Shown piece by piece: positions 54,520-55,464 of a stretch of DNA of 55,464 nt. Position 1 is the stretch's first letter. Every line of letters starts with the position of its first letter. Source of the DNA: Promethearchaeota archaeon. Its GTDB lineage: Archaea; Asgardarchaeota; Lokiarchaeia; Sigyniarchaeales; SOKP01. The notes beneath the pieces were generated by a model that had not been told where the DNA came from, made no database searches, and saw only the letters and a program-made list of their open reading frames with translations. The stretch lies in the NCBI GenBank assembly GCA_048938025.1, contig JBHLMP010000025.1, positions 1-55,464 of the forward strand, given 5' to 3'. The position numbers and the translations under genes were made by a program.

Positions 54520-54664
54520 AAATTCTTCTCTTTTTTCTATTTTTTTTATTAATATTAAGAAATTTAACATTCTGAACCTAAATTAAGGCCTTTATTTTAT
54601 CAATTGTTAATTCTCTTATAGATTCATGAAAGAATATCAAGAATACAAAGAATCAGAAAAGTAA
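54483..54664 (+). repeat. 15-bp direct repeat duplicating the cdhE 3' end
   Basis: ATTCATGAAAGAATA at 54483 and 54622; second copy reads FMKEYQEYKESEK*. Confidence 0.6.
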
Positions 54665-54885
54665 ATCTATTTTTAAATATTTCTTAATATTTGAATGAAA
54701 TATTGCAAATATTATAACCTTTTTTTCATAATCAAGCTACTTATAAAATACAAAAACAGTAATAAAAAAATTCATATAAATTAGAAAAAAATTCGGATTG
54801 AAAATTTAATTTTTAATAAAAACTTGATACAAAAATTAAATTCTGATTGAATTAAAAAAAAAATTAGGTTTGAATGAGTTTCTGC

Positions 54886-55464
54886 TTAGATTCTACGTAG
54901 TTTATTCGTTTGAAGCAACCTTTTTAAGATCATTCCAATAGAAAGTGCGGAAATAATCCCGATTAAGAGTATAGTTGGTCCGGGAATACCTGCATCCGTA
55001 CTATCATCTATAATTCGCTTATATTTGGCAATGAACGCGTCAGAATAACCCGCCCCAAAGCTGGCGGTGTACCCGGTAATGTAGATATTTCCCGACCCAT
55101 CTAACGCAATATCGTTTCCAGAATCACCGTTGCTGCCGCCCCAGGTGATATTCAGTAAGGACGTTCCGGCACTGTCATATTTGGCAATGAACGCGTCAGG
55201 ACCACCCGCCCCATACATGTTGGTGCACCCGGTAATGTAGATATTTCCCGCTCCATCTAACGCAATACCGTTTCCAGAATCACCGTTGCTGCCGACCCAG
55301 GTGATATTCAGTAAGGACGTTCCGGCACTGTCATATTTGGCAATGAACGCGTTCTCATCCCCCATCACCCACAAGTTAGTGTACCCGGTAATGTAGATAT
55401 TTCCCGCTCCATCTACCGTAATACCGTTTCCAGAATCACCGGTGCTGCCGCCCCAGGTGATATT
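54886..55464 (-). CDS. SBBP/beta-propeller repeat surface protein, 3' part (runs off the window end), with IPG-TM-basic C-terminal sorting signal
   Basis: Repeats IALDG.GNIYITG.T...DAFIAKY; frame open to 55464; C-terminus GIPGPTILLIGIISALSIGMILKR. Confidence 0.88.
   Translation of the reverse strand, partial: NITWGGSTGDSGNGITVDGAGNIYITGYTNLWVMGDENAFIAKYDSAGTSLLNITWVGSNGDSGNGIALDGAGNIYITGCTNMYGAGGPDAFIAKYDSAGTSLLNITWGGSNGDSGNDIALDGSGNIYITGYTASFGAGYSDAFIAKYKRIIDDSTDAGIPGPTILLIGIISALSIGMILKRLLQTNKLRRI
55021..55464 (-). repeat. 156-bp tandem repeat (2 full units + 1 partial)
   Basis: Units start at 55021, 55177 and 55333; 143/156 identical between the first two. Confidence 0.95.

Noticed and set aside
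55021-55464. CRISPR array or confirmed DGR
   Set aside because: Repeats are in-frame 52-codon protein units; no RT or template repeat is in the window, and changes are not strictly adenine-specific

Overview
AT-rich archaeal chromosomal window, most consistent with an Asgard archaeon (Lokiarchaeia-like). Supporting signs are a Rab-like GTPase, roadblock proteins, eS26, a GET3-like ATPase, an AN1 zinc finger and an IPG-TM-basic C-terminal sorting signal. It carries core informational clusters (rpoA1/A2-L30e-nusA-S12-S7; L44e-S27e; tRNA-Gly, nep1, rnp4; S19e-L39e-L31e-eIF6-LX-pfdA-ftsY-secE; arcS-RaSEA-gar1-tfb) plus metabolic and accessory genes. Top finding: dnaG is interrupted inside its conserved GAIFGQ|TEGLL motif by a 40-nt insert (21819-21858). 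Its ends fold into a tRNA-type bulge-helix-bulge whose predicted cut sites restore the frame exactly, so it is a candidate endonuclease-spliced mRNA intron. Several conserved genes (tfb, cbiM, rps26e, probably rps12) appear to start at ATT/ATA. Also notable are an HTH-ATP-cone-degenerate NrdD fusion, a 1203-aa multi-Lrp-like protein, and GC-rich near-identical 156-bp propeller repeats with a hypervariable loop. Family calls come from motif recognition only; no database search was run.
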